Shown piece by piece: positions 11,948 through 24,600 of a stretch of 64,000 nt of DNA (the stretch's first letter is position 1; the number at the start of each line of letters is the position of its first letter). The notes below the pieces were generated by a model, which searched no databases, was not told where the DNA came from, and saw nothing but the letters and a program-made list of their open reading frames with translations. Both the position numbers and the translations under genes were made by a program. The stretch lies in assembly GCF_006345805.1 (NCBI RefSeq), contig NC_042999.1:22630001-22694000 (forward strand). The letters are read 5' to 3'. Origin of the DNA: Octopus sinensis. Lineage: Eukaryota.

Positions 11948-12342
11948 GGATCTTTTCGGTTTGAACGGCAGTTTTTTCTAGCGGTGTCATATGAAATTGT
12001 CACCCATAATTATGACCCTAGTATCGATCTATTACATTTCAATCTGTTTTAGGGTTAGGGTTAGGGGTGGGGGGAAGGGTATCTTTTTTTTCTTCAAAAA
12101 TGTAAATAAACCCAATCTGTTTCTTAAACGAGGGACATATTCATACGGCACAAAATGTTTTCACCTCAATAGACGTCATTGATTGGTTGAAATTGCCGAA
12201 ATTGAAGAAAAAAACAACATTTCTCAATAAAACCAAGAGAAAAAGATGTTTTATAAACACATTCTACTAGTATACGAAGTGTAAAAGTGTTTAGTTACGT
12301 GGAAATTATTTTAAAAAACTGCCGGTCAAACCGAAAAGATCC
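11948..12342. mobile_element. Same MITE, copy 2
   Basis: GGATCTTTTCGG...CCGAAAAGATCC, highly similar to 10581-10996. Confidence 0.85.
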
Positions 12343-12647
12343 CAGATCCATAACACAGCAGAAACTAAATTCAAAAGGATATATTTCTTCCTCAGAACTA
12401 AAGAGCATTTCAGCCTTGATCAGTTGTTGCATCTCTCTCTCTCTCTACAAAGACTCCGACATGGCTTATATTAGATAACCGTTCACATAACTGGGTCAGC
12501 ACACATGCTGCATATGCAGATAATATAATCTGACTGACATAGAAATATTTACTCACCAAAATGCTATTACTACAATTTCATTAATGTGATTTGTCTCTCC
12601 TTTATCTCTGACGACTATAACAAGTCTTTACTTTTCTAACCTTTCCA

Positions 12648-13165
12648 GGAGTGGCTGTGTGGTAAGTAGCTTGCTTAGTCCAGTAGTTTTCAACCGGGTT
12701 CCATATGTTCTATGGGGATCCACACAAGATTTGGGGTAGGGTCCACGCAACAAAATAGTAAATTGGAGAGCCACAATAGTGGTAAGTAGCTTGCTGAGGA
12801 ACCACATGGTTCCGGGTTCAGTCCCACTGCGTGGCACCTTGGGTAAGTGTCTTCTACTATAGCCTCGGGCCGACAAAAGCCTTCTGAGTGGATTTGGTAG
12901 ATGGAAACTGGAAGAAGCCCGTCGCATATATGTATATGTATGTGTGTATTTGTATGTCTGTGTTTGTCCCCCCCCCCAACAACAACATCGCTTGACAACC
13001 GATGCTGGTGTGTTTATGTCACCGTAAAATAGCGGCTCGGCAAAAAGCTACCGATAGAATAAGTACTAGGCTTACAAAGAATAAGTTCAGGGGTCGATTT
13101 GCTCGACTAATGGCGGTGCTCCAGCATGGCCGCAGTCAAATGACTGAAACAAGTAAAAGAGTAAA
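12648..13165 (+). mobile_element. SINE family A with duplicated head
   Basis: Head motif at 12648 and again near 12772, with complete tail. Confidence 0.9.
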
Positions 13166-13254
13166 TGAAAACCAATGATTCCTAAATCCTATTAACAGAC
13201 ACCCTTCTTCCTCTAATAATTAAACTCTATAAGGCTCCAGCATGGCCTATATTA

Positions 13255-13990
13255 CCTATTTCTTTACTGCCCACAAGGGGCTACACACAGAGGAGACAAA
13301 GAAGGACAGACAAACGGATTAAGTCGGTTATATCGAAACCAGTGCGTAACTGGTACTTAATTTATCGACCCCGAAAGGATGAAAGGCAAAGTCGACCTCG
13401 GCGGAATTTGAACTCAGAACGTACCGGCAGACGAAATACCTATTTCTTTACTACCCACAAGGGGCTAAACACAGAGAGGATCTCGGCGGAATTTGAACTC
13501 AGAACGTACCGGCAGACGAAATACCTATTTCTTTACTACCCACAAGGGGCTGCACACAGAGGAGACAAACAAAGACAGACAAAGGGATTAAGTCGATTAT
13601 ATCGACCCTAGTGCATAACTTGTACTTAATTTAGCGACCCCGAAAGGATGAAAGGCAAAGTCGACCTCGGCGGAATTTGAACTCAGAACGTAGCAGCAGA
13701 CGAAATACCTATTTCTTTACTACTCACAAGGGGCTAAACACAGAGAGGACCTCGGCGGAATTTGAACTCAGAACGTACCGGCAGACGAAATACCTATTTC
13801 TTTACTACCCACAAGGGGCTAAACACAGAGAGGACAAACAAAGACAGACAAAGGGATTAAGTCGATTACATCGACTCCAGTGCGTAGCTGGTACTTAATT
13901 TATCGACCCCGAAAGGATGAAAGGCAAAGTCGACCTCGGCGGAATTTGAACTCAGAACGTAACGGCAGACGAAATATGGCTACGCTTGGC
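13255..13990 (-). mobile_element. SINE family B head-to-tail array
   Basis: Repeated ~185-bp and ~90-bp units joined at GAAATACC|TATTTCTTT. Confidence 0.9.
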
Positions 13991-14099
13991 TAGACGGCGC
14001 TGCTGAATTCCCGTTCGAAAATATATAATTTTCAAAGTGACACACGGTTGCTGATCTAATAAATAGAAACATTATTATTTCTAAATCGCTCAAAGAAAA

Positions 14100-14860
14100 A
14101 TATTCAGTAACAGTTCTTTAAAGTAAAGACTATTTGCCAACATAATGTGGCAGTCATGGATGGGACGAATGTTACAGTTGCTTAGCCCCAGGAAACGCCG
14201 TTTCCATCTAGCTATACGACACAATATCTGTGTCCTTATGTTTCGAACAGGGGAGCTCAGCACCCCATCCAGCACAAATAATGTTTCTATTTAACTGGTA
14301 TTTTATTTTTATGATATCTGGAGGATAAACGATAAAGTTGAGTATGGTAGGATTTGAGTTCAGAACGTAAAGAGTCGCAATAAATATTGCAAAGAAATTG
14401 GTTTGATACTGTAAAGTTTTTTTTTAGCGTTCCGTACTAAATGCGCCATTCGTATTAACAGAAAAAATTGGGTTTTGAAAGCTTGTGGAATTGAAGGCAA
14501 TAGTATAACTAAGGGGGTAAGTAATTTTTTAAAAATCATTTTTTGTAACTAAACACTTTCAAACTTCGGACACTGGTAGAATGTGTCATATAAAACATCT
14601 TTTACTCTTAGCATTTTTGAGAAAAACTTATATTCTGTGCTGAGAAAGAACAATAACCCAGAAACTGGTCCACAGATGTTGCTTTGTGCTGGATGAGGCT
14701 GCTAACCGCCCCTGTTCGAAAATATAAGGACAAAGATATTGTGTCGTATAGCCAACTGAAAACGACAATTCCTGGGGCTAAACAGTAACAATCGTCCCAT
14801 CTAGGACTGCCACATTATGTTGGCAAATAGTCTTTACCAGTTAAATAAAAAATATTTTAA
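14100..14860. repeat. Inverted repeat with ~185-bp arms and ~390-bp spacer
   Basis: 14100-14288 is the reverse complement of ~14676-14860 (e.g. GACTATTTGCCAACATAATGTGGCAGTC / GACTGCCACATTATGTTGGCAAATAGTC). Confidence 0.85.
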
Positions 14861-15392
14861 TTTATTTTATACCAGATTTAATTGACTATACCTTTTCACA
14901 AAAAAATTTGACCTTGTACCAATATTAAGAGTCAGTATTTGAGCAAAATAAGATCTTGTTTCGTCCTGTGAAAGCAGGCAATTACTTTTCTAATGGAGAA
15001 ATCATTTATTGATTTATTTTATACCAATGGTTGTCGTTTAGCTCCAGATCTATATCATCTAGGAAATATGGGACTGAATTATCTAATGCATCCTTCAGTT
15101 TCTTAACATCATTATAGGGTGTAGTAATATGACGAAATTTTCGGCAGCTATTTCTAGCAGTCTCCCATGTTGGCTCGAACACTTAGCAATACATTCCTCT
15201 TAGCCTCCCCCGTACACACACACATGCGCACGACGTTGAAATGTGTTGAACAAATGTGAAAGGAATGCTCAATACAGGTTCAATACTCATTGCAGAGCAT
15301 ATACTTGGATGAAACTAGATTTTTATCTCACGACTCGAGTTTCACACCACTGCGATCTTCAGGCGAAAACAATTAGCGGGCTTTCCATATTA

Positions 15393-15650
15393 TTATTATT
15401 TGTTCGTCCGTCGTGGTCAGCGATGACCAAGGATATCACATGGTAGAAGAAGATGGTGTACGGTGTGTCCGGCTGTGGTTGATCAGTCCTATTCGTGATG
15501 GGAAGGATCTGCTGCAGGTCGGGCACTAGTTGTCTCATGGGACTGTGGCTCTAGACTTGAGTCGGTGTGGCTTCAGAGACGTCCGTATACAGTCGACATA
15601 ATCTTTGCCGCACGCCAACTTCAGAAGTGCCAGGAACAGAACAGGGACCA
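15393..15650. mobile_element. RTE (BovB-like) relic: 3' end on minus joined to an inverted internal RT piece on plus
   Basis: Minus: CPTCSRSFPSRIGLINHSRTH (C2H2 finger) plus tail. Plus: TVDIIFAARQLQKCQEQNRD (RT motif). Confidence 0.7.
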
Positions 15651-15737
15651 TGCTCGATAATATATCTGCTTAAAGTATGATATCCAGATCTAAGAAAGTA
15701 TGTATGTATGTATGTATGTATGTATGTACGTATGTAT

Positions 15738-15787
<50 letters not shown>

Positions 15788-17139
15788 TTATATATATACA
15801 GAGGCGAGCACAAGTTTTCATCACTACAGTCCGAGTGCTCTGAGTAACAATTGTGACACTTTTGCAGCTTTAATAAAAAAAATGTTTATATAATAATATA
15901 AATATATAAATATATGCATATATACATACATATATGTACATACCTACATCTATATGTATATATATACATGCATACATGGGTACTGGACATCAAAAAAACG
16001 TTGAACACAGTGAGAAACGAAAACATAAAAACAAAAAACATAGAAAACGAACTTTTTTTCGAACAACGAAAAAACAGAGAAACGAGACATGCAACATAAA
16101 GAACATTCCCTTCATCAGTTGTCCCCTGTTTTATCTACTCCGTATTTCGAAGGTAAGGACAAGACGCGACTCCGTTAAAACAATTTTTCCCGCAAAGCAA
16201 ATGAAATAAAATTTGGGATTTTTTGCGGAGGGTGAAAGTGGGTAACAAAAACAGGACGGTGAGAACAAGACAATAAAAACAAACAGTTAGGGTTGTTAAG
16301 TCAACACGCCTGTGTGTGTGCGTGTGTTTGTGTATACGTATGTCTATATATTATATATATACATGCACAGAGACGTATATAATGATTCATACATACATAC
16401 ATACATACATACATAAATAAATACATAAATACATACATACATACATACATACATACATACATACATAAATACATGTACGTTTGTCCAATCTTCCATCATC
16501 ATCATCATCATCATGATAGCAGCAACAACAACAGTAGCAACTGCAGAAACAACAACAACAACAACAACAGCAGCAGCAGCAGCAACAACAACAACAGAAT
16601 CAACAACGACCGTCTGCTAAAATCCTATCCCGCTCCCTGGACTTTCAGCACGAACTTGGCGGTCTTTCTGAAGAGGAAGTCTAATGAAAATCACGGCGGC
16701 TTACATGTAAACTCCTTAAGAACCGACCGGTTTAATCTTCACAGGTCTGACCTATTTTTGTCCTCACCTTGTTAAATTTGCAAATAAGCATATACTCACG
16801 CACAAAATATGTCACATATATATATATATATATATATATGTCACATATGCATATACACATATATACATATACATGTCATCTTACAAAGAGAAGGGAAGGG
16901 AGAAACAACGGTAGCTATATTTACACATGTTGCAGATCTGTTACAAATATATAAGCCAGTATTTCACTTAAATGTAAATTAGTTTGGCTAATTATCTTAA
17001 TATACAGCATCTCAGCAATTCATTGAAACGAAGAAGTAACAGACTTCCAGACACGAGATCTTCTCTTACACTTGAGCCTTAGGTAAGTGTGGTTTATTAA
17101 ACTACCAACAATTGAAAGAAAATAACATACTCTTTAATC

Positions 17140-17480
17140 TACATGGTCCCGGGTTCAGTCCCACTGCGTGGTACCTTGGGCAAGTGTCTTCTACTATAGC
17201 CTCGGGCCGACCAAAGCCTTGTGAGTAGATTTGGTAGACGGAAACTGAAAGAAGCCCGTCATATGTATATATATTTTTGTGTGTGTCTGTGCTTGTTCTC
17301 CCCACCATCGCTCGACAACTGATGTTGGTGTGTTTACGTCCCCGTAACTTAGCGGTTCGACAAAAAACAGCGATAGAATTAGTACTAGGCTTACAAAGAA
17401 TAAATCCTGGGGGCGATTTATTCGACTAAAGGCGGTGCCCCAGCACGGCCGCCGTCAAATGACTGAAACCAATAAAAGAA
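17140..17480 (+). mobile_element. SINE family A, 5'-truncated
   Basis: B box GGTTCAGTCCC, body and tail present. Confidence 0.9.
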
Positions 17481-17929
17481 TACATACTTTATTGTTTATA
17501 AAATATACTATAAAACGGTAAATTGCTATCATGTTACTTCTACTGGTCGGCGAAGGTGGAGAATACACAAACCTCCCGTTTTCGGCTTTTCCTGCCTTGT
17601 TAGTCTTAACACATAAAGCGCGACGGGCCATGATCGTGGTCGTCAGGCACAGGTCGACAGGCTACGATCGCGACCCAGATAGAAGCATTTAATTTATGGG
17701 CATTTGTTGGGGTCTAATGTCACTCAAACGCTCCGATACCCCCCGGAATGCAAGGGGACTAATAGTTCAACTAATGACTTGCCATTATTATATACTAAGA
17801 AGATATTTTAACTATTTTTTTTTGTTTTTTATTTGTGCATGGTGGTCTCATTTTCATAAAATGTGATCAGTAGCCCATGCTATGTAAGTGTAAATCCCAG
17901 TGCTGTATGGGTTAATAATAATGATTTCA

Positions 17930-19445
17930 AGTTTTGCCACAAGGGCAGTCAATTTTGGGGGAGGGGATGAGTCGATTACATCGACCCCAGTGTTTCACTG
18001 GTACTTAATTTATCGACCTCGAAAGGATGAAAGGCAAAGTCGACCTCGGCGGAATTTAAACCCAGAACTAAGACAGACGAAATACCTATTTCTTTATTGC
18101 CCACAAGGGGCTAAACACAGAGGACAAACAAGGACAGACAAACGGATTAAGTCGATTACATCGACCTCAGTGCGTAACTGGTACTTAATTTATCGACCCC
18201 GAAAGGATGAAAAGCAAAGTCGACCTCGGCGGAATTTGAACTCAGAACATAACGGCAGACGAAATACCGCTAGGCATTTCGCCTGGCGTACTAACGTTTC
18301 TGCCAGCTCCTCGCATTTATTAGTCTCAATAATCCTTTCTACTGAAGGCCTGAAATTTGGGGTAAGAAGACATCGATTCCAGCACCCAACTGGTACTTAA
18401 TTTATCGACCCAGAAGTGATGAGGCAAAGTCGACCTCGGTAGAATTTGAACTCAGAACGTAACGGTAGCCGAAATACCTATTTCTTTATTACCCACAAGG
18501 GGCTAAACACAGAGCGGACAAACAAGGACAGACATAGGTATTAAGTCGATTACATCGACCCAGTGCGTAACTGGTACTTAATTTATCGACCCCGAAAGGA
18601 TGAAAGGCAAAGTCGACCTCGGCGGAATTTGAACTCAGAACATAACGCAGATGAAATACCTATTTCTATTTCTTTATTACCCACAAGGGGCTAAACACAG
18701 AGGACAAACAAGGACAGACATAGGTATTAAGTCGATTACATCGACCCAGTGCGTAACTGGTACTTAATTTATCGACCCCGAAAGGATGAAAGGCAAAGTC
18801 GACCTCGGCGGAATTTGAACTCAGAACATAACGCAGATGAAATACCTATTTCTATTTCTTTATTACCCACAAGGGGCTAAACACAGAGGGGACAAACAAG
18901 GACAGACATAGGTATTAAGTCGTTTACATCGACCCCAGTGCGTAACTGGTATATATTTAATCGACGCCGAAAGGATGAAAGGCAAAGTCGACCTCGGCGG
19001 AATTTGAACTCACAACGTAAAGGCAGACGAAATACCGCTAAGCATTTCGTCCGGCGTGCTAACGTTTCTGCCAGCTCGCCGCCTTTTATTAGTCTTAATA
19101 ATCCTTTCTACTGAAGGCCTGAAATTTGGGGTAAGGGGACATCGAGCACCCAACTGGTACTTAATTTATCAACCCAGAAGTGATGAGGCAAAGTCGACCT
19201 CAGCGGAATTTGAACTCAGAACGTAACGCAGCCGAAATACCTATTTCTTTATTACCCACAAGGGGCTAAACATAGAGTGGACAAACAAGGGCAGACATAG
19301 GTATTAAGTCGATTACATCGACCCAGTGCGTAACTGGTACTTAATTTATCGACCCCGAAAGGATGAAAGGCAAAGTCGACCTCGGCGGAATTTGAACTCA
19401 CAACGTAGCGGTAGCCGAAATACCGCTAAGCATTTCGCCCAGCGT
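17930..19445 (-). mobile_element. SINE family B large head-to-tail array with higher-order duplication
   Basis: Multiple ~185-bp units; the block starting near 18313 recurs near 19083. Confidence 0.9.
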
Positions 19446-21112
19446 TCTAACAAATTATTAGTCGTAATCACAGACTCTCTCTTTAACCCATAAAATATTA
19501 TTTATACTTTCACTACACATGTGGAGTCTTCGAATGTTCTTAGTTGTGTTGTTTCTTCTATAAAACACACAACAAACCGGTAATTAACACAATTTAATAA
19601 TGCTAATAATGATACTCAAGTGAAATTGTTGACATATTTGTATTTATTGGAGTAAATATAGCAAGTCGTTTCTGTGGCCTGTTTCGATTTTTATCGCTGG
19701 TCGTTTCTTTTACGTAAAGATTCGAAAACTATGGAATTATTTTTTTTACTCTCGTCTGGAAGGTTATACATATGTATACACACCCTCACACACTCTGCAG
19801 GCTGCTTATCACATGTACAATATTTATTATCTGGGTAACTGGGGAGAGAGAGAGAGAGAGAGGTAAAGGGTGTTCTACCAGGCTAGTCTTTACCAGCACA
19901 TAACTATTTTTCTTACTTTCTGTAAGTCTACAAAAAACGTAAGTCCTACTAGTTTGCTAAATAATGCCTGCTTTTTTATACATGGGGTTATTTCTTTCTG
20001 TATAACTTTTTCTACTTCAAAATCTAGCCTGTTTCTTTTTATGTTTTTCCTCTGTTTTGATTTAATTACAATTTTTTGGGGGCCTTCTTTTAGTTTCCGT
20101 CTGCCAAATCCACTCACAAGCCTTTGGTCGACCCGAGGCTATAATAGTATATGACACATTTTTGTTACTTAATTTTAATTAGTTTATAAATGAACTTGTT
20201 TTATCATCAATGTACTTATTAGCGGTCTTTCTCTGTCAGAACTTTAAATCTAACGAACATAACTTAATAATTTTGGTAAAATTTTTTTGCCTACGAAGGT
20301 TACAGTTATTTTTTTCAAAATCCGTTATTTTTAAAAAAGGATTTGTTTTATACAATAGAATAAGTTTAAAAGTTAAAAAAAAAACCCATAATCTTTAAAA
20401 GTAATTATCGTTTGTATTATGCACACATGATATTAAACAAATGCCCCTTTTCTCGACAAATGTATACGTTTGTATTAATTAGTTTTTCTCACAACAGGAA
20501 TTATGATTTTTATTCAAAATATGAAAAGGGATGTATTTTACAAAAGGAAAACAAAAGTGGTGGGAAAGAAAGAAAAAAGAAACCTCAATGCGGCACAAAA
20601 TACTTCAGTTGGTCGCACACTACAAGGTTCACCGGAACCTATTAAAACAACCCTGAAAGATCGCTGCATCACTACGGCGATGGCAAGGCTAAATAAGTTC
20701 TACCAATTTCACATTTAATGCCAGAATTGTTTCTTTAAAATTTTTCTTTTTTGTTTAAAAAGTCTGAAAATTTTTGCATCTTTCTGTCGTCCTGGACGTG
20801 AATGCCTCTTTATTTACTAAACTATCATTTTAACATGTGCTGTTATTTTTGAAAATTTTATTCTTTCTCGATGATTGAAACGGAAATCTCGGGTTAAGCT
20901 TCGAAACAGAACATCAATATTTATAAACCTAGTTCGCTTCAGATCACATCCGTGAACAGACTTTGATTAAAGTGGAAGAGACTGTTCACCGGTCGAAAAT
21001 AGGTGAATTCATTTGTTAGCTTTCTAGGCAACAGACATGTGCGTTGGCCAAATTTTATATCGCCTATGCGGCAAAATTTCGATATGAGTACCATATACAT
21101 GTCAAATGTATT

Positions 21113-21517
21113 ACTCTTTTCTCTTTTACTCTTTTACTTGTTTCAGTCATTTGACTGCGGCCATGCTGGAGCACCACCTTTAATCGAGCAAATCGACCCG
21201 GGACTTATTCTTTTGTAAGCCCAGTACTTATTCTATCGGTCTCTTTTGTCGAACCGCTAAGTAACGGGGACATAAACACACCAGCATCGGTTGTCAAGCA
21301 ATGCTAGGGGGACAAACACAGACACACAAACATACACGCACACACATATATACATATATGCGACGGGCTTCTTTCAGTTTCTGTCTACCAAATCCCACTC
21401 ACAAGGCTTTGGTCGGCTCGAGGCTATAGAAGACACTTGCCCAAGGTGCCACGTAGTGGGACTGAACCCGGGACCATGTGGTTGGTAAACAAGCTACTTA
21501 CCACACAGCCACTCCTG
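21113..21517 (-). mobile_element. SINE family A, full length
   Basis: Reverse complement of the head, linker and tail of 5776-6465. Confidence 0.9.
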
Positions 21518-23232
21518 TATTGTTTATGTTTCTTGAGAAGATCGTCGCCTTCCGTAAAAAGTTTTAATTTTTTTTTATAAATGTTGGGTGGGGGAAGGGG
21601 ATCTTTTGAAGTTGGCGTTAAAGCGAGAGACAGAGAGAGTGCGATTGGATCAGGGAAGTTCTTTTGAAGTTGGCATGCCGTGTGTGTGTGTGTGTGTTTG
21701 ATGGGGGTGTGCGAGACGGAAGGTTGGTGTGTATGTGAAGTTCTTTTGTTAGTGTGTGTGAAGAGACAAAGAGAGTAATGTTGCTGGTATGTGTGTGTGT
21801 GTGTGTGAGAGAGAGAGATAACTGAAATTTTTTAAATTCACTTTTTGTAGTGAGTGATTGACAGAGAAAAAGAGAGAGTATGTATGAATGGCTTCAGTGA
21901 CACACACATATAAACATATATATAAATAAACATAGATGGATGTATATATATATATACACACACACATGTATGTATAGATGCGGGAGGGGCTGCAATTCTT
22001 TCCTACGGTTAATATGGTTATTTAGTAAACAAGTTTTCTCCTTTATAAGAAAACTCCAACGAATGAAAATGTTAAACATACATAGGCATAGGAGTGGCTG
22101 TGTGGTAAGTAGCTTGCTTACCAACCACATGGTTCTGGGTTCAGTCCCACTGCGTGAGACCTTGGGCAAGTGTCTTCTACTATAGCCTCGGGCACGCAAG
22201 TTGTTATGTATGTATACATAGAGTAATACACACATTACTCTCTCTGTCTCTTCACACACACACTAACAAAAGCACTTCACATACACACCACACTTTTTGT
22301 CTTGCACACCCCCATCAAACACAAACACACTCACACACAGGCACGCACATCAATTCTTTCGCTTCACGCCAACTTCAAAAGAACTTCCCTCATACAATCA
22401 TGCTCTCTCTGTCTCTTTCGCTTTCCCTCCAACTTCAAAAGATCCCCCTTCCTCAGCAAACCTATATGTAAAAACACAATTTTTTTTTTACTGAAACCGA
22501 CGATCTTCACAAATGTAAATAAATACACGTGGTTTATGACAGTCGTGTGACTAGTATCATAAGATCGCCCCATTTACCTAATAGAGGAACAATTCTCTCC
22601 ATTTTCTTGCTTACTAGTGTTGTTGTTATATATATATAATGTATTGAGTATTAAAGGAAGTAGTGAGTACTTAGTATGAAAGATTAAGAAAATGAGAGAG
22701 ACTGAAACAACGTGTTAACGATACAAGATACTTTATTCGACTGCCGTTGTTGTACAAGTTAATTGTTTTGGCGGGAAACAAAGTGAAAGTCCTTTTATCA
22801 AGGGAGACAATGGGCGACGTTGATTGTTCATGTTTGTTGTGATGATTATATAACAACTAGAACCTTGATCTTTGCCAAGTTAACCTTAAGACTCTTTGAT
22901 TCCAGGTTTTGCTTCCACACCTGGAATTTTCTAGCTCTGTTACAGAATCTGCTATAAGAGCAAGGTCGTAAGCATATAACAGTTCTCAAGGGTAGCCAGC
23001 CCTGAATTTTTCTGTTATGATCTGGAGGATAATAATGAATTGGAGGGGACTGAGAACTGAACCCTGATGAACACATACCTGTACACTAAATTCATCACTA
23101 TACTCATGGCTACTCTCCCCTTTCTGACAGATCCCCTGTACATGGCTTGTCTGACTTTCACAAACCACTCGTCTACCCTTAGCTTCCTCAGAGTCCACCA
23201 CATCATACAGTGGGGTACTCTGTCAAAGGTTT

Positions 23233-23661
23233 TGTAGTGACGCTATCTTGGAAATCTGCTGCATGCATGCGCAGAGTTGGATTCTTCCGGGAGGCCTGCC
23301 GGAAGTTCCCGCATGCGCAGAAAACTAGCAGCAGCAAAATTTCCCTCGTATCAGCCTCTCGGACGTTGACAGCCGAATAGGACAGACGTGTTTTATCAGC
23401 TCTCTCAAGCTGCCACCTCGTGGTGTTGCTACGCTATGCTTGAACGGACAGGATTTGGCTTACTCCACTTGACTACTGCAACAAGCTCCTAGGCTGTCCA
23501 TTCGCCCTGAAGAAGAATGTATATATATTGCGGATCCAGAAATAAAATACTTATGCTGTTGAAGTTAATCGGAAGTCTTAACTCTTTCCTTCGATTAATA
23601 TTTTAATGGAAAGGATGAGAGCTGCACCCATCCAGTGTTATGGACCTTTCATCCTGTTACA
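23233..23661 (+). mobile_element. 429-bp LTR-like insert (TG...CA) within the RTE relic
   Basis: Starts TGTAGTGA, ends TGTTACA, AATAAA at ~23541; followed by TGGTGACCCC (PBS-like, or diverged RTE). No target duplication is visible. Confidence 0.5.
23264..23319. promoter_or_regulatory. Symmetric NRF1-ETS-ETS-NRF1 promoter-like module
   Basis: TGCATGCGCA (23264-73), CTTCCGG (23284-90), CCGGAAGT (23299-306), CGCATGCGCA (23310-19); locally CpG-rich. Confidence 0.55.
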
Positions 23662-24289
23662 ATTGGTGACCCCAAACACCGAGTACATTGGTTTATTCCT
23701 GGCCAAATATTTCTGCAGTTGTCTGACTATAAAGATAGCATCAATAGTGCTTCTCCCTTGCACAAAGCCAAACTGTATTTAATTTAATCTGATTTTGCTT
23801 CTAATTAACTGGGCTGTTAATTAGCTCTTTCTGTAACTTCCACGACCTGGTCCAGCAACTTGATGCCTCTGTAATTACTTCCAAGCTATCTCCTTACCTT
23901 GTAGCTGCTGACGGTAATGTTGCTATACCAGTCATTGGGATGACACCTTCCTGAATAACCTGATTAACTATATGGGTGATTAGACTGTACCTTGCACCTC
24001 CAGATATTTTAAGTATCTCTGTGATTCTCAATGGGACAGAGACAACCTCTTGATGTACAAAAATTTAAAAAAAACTAAAAAGGTCAAGAGGTATACTTAT
24101 CTATCACCCACCGGTTCTCTTGACATAGATTTTGACATTTTTATCTTGTCCTGACTTCTCTGTTCAATTCAACTCACCGCTGTGGTGGAGTTGACTTGGA
24201 AAATACTGGGGTGGTTCATTCGATTAAAATGTCCTTCAATGCAATGCCACAGCATGACTTAAGACTAATGAGTGAAACAAATAGAAGAT

Positions 24290-24600
24290 GAGATATAGGA
24301 ATGACACTCCGTTGGTTACAACAACGAGGTCCGATCAATGGAACAGCCTGCTTGTGAAATTAATGTGTGAGTGGCTGAGCACTCCACAGACATGCACATA
24401 ACACAGACACATCCATAACATAGTTCTTAGGGAGATTTAGCATGACACAGAGTGTGACAAGGCTGGCCCTTTGAAATACAGGTACTATTCACTTTTGCCA
24501 GCTGAGTGGACTGCAGCAACATGAAATAAAGTGTCTTGCTCAAGGACATAATGTGCCGATGGGAATTGAACTCACAACCACACGACTGTGAGTCAAATAC
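24290..24600 (-). mobile_element. SINE family C, degenerate
   Basis: Reverse complement of the tail seen at 40600-40760 and 42700-42860. Confidence 0.7.

Larger units (their letters stand above)
22853..24050 (-). mobile_element. Old RTE RT-region relic in two collinear pieces (22853-23232 and 23662-24050)
   Basis: By eye, 23662-24050 matches LINE ~3330-3705 and 22853-23232 matches ~3706-4090; minus ORF remnants VHQGSVLSPL and KVNLAKIKVLV. Confidence 0.8.

Noticed and set aside
10682-12066. Telomere or chromosome-fusion site
   Set aside because: Only 2-3 TTAGGG units, each inside a MITE copy.
16060-16170. Minus-strand hammerhead around CTGATGA (plus-strand TCATCAG ~16113)
   Set aside because: Could not build helices I and III with a valid cleavage triplet in any permutation.
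16473-16775. Poly-N/Q ORF as a transcription-factor exon
   Set aside because: Driven by (CAT)n/(CAA)n/(CAG)n repeats; stops in the Q frame; no convincing splice pair.
20950-20993. Pre-miRNA hairpin (GTGAACAG/CTGTTCAC)
   Set aside because: Stem too short and branched for a miRNA precursor.
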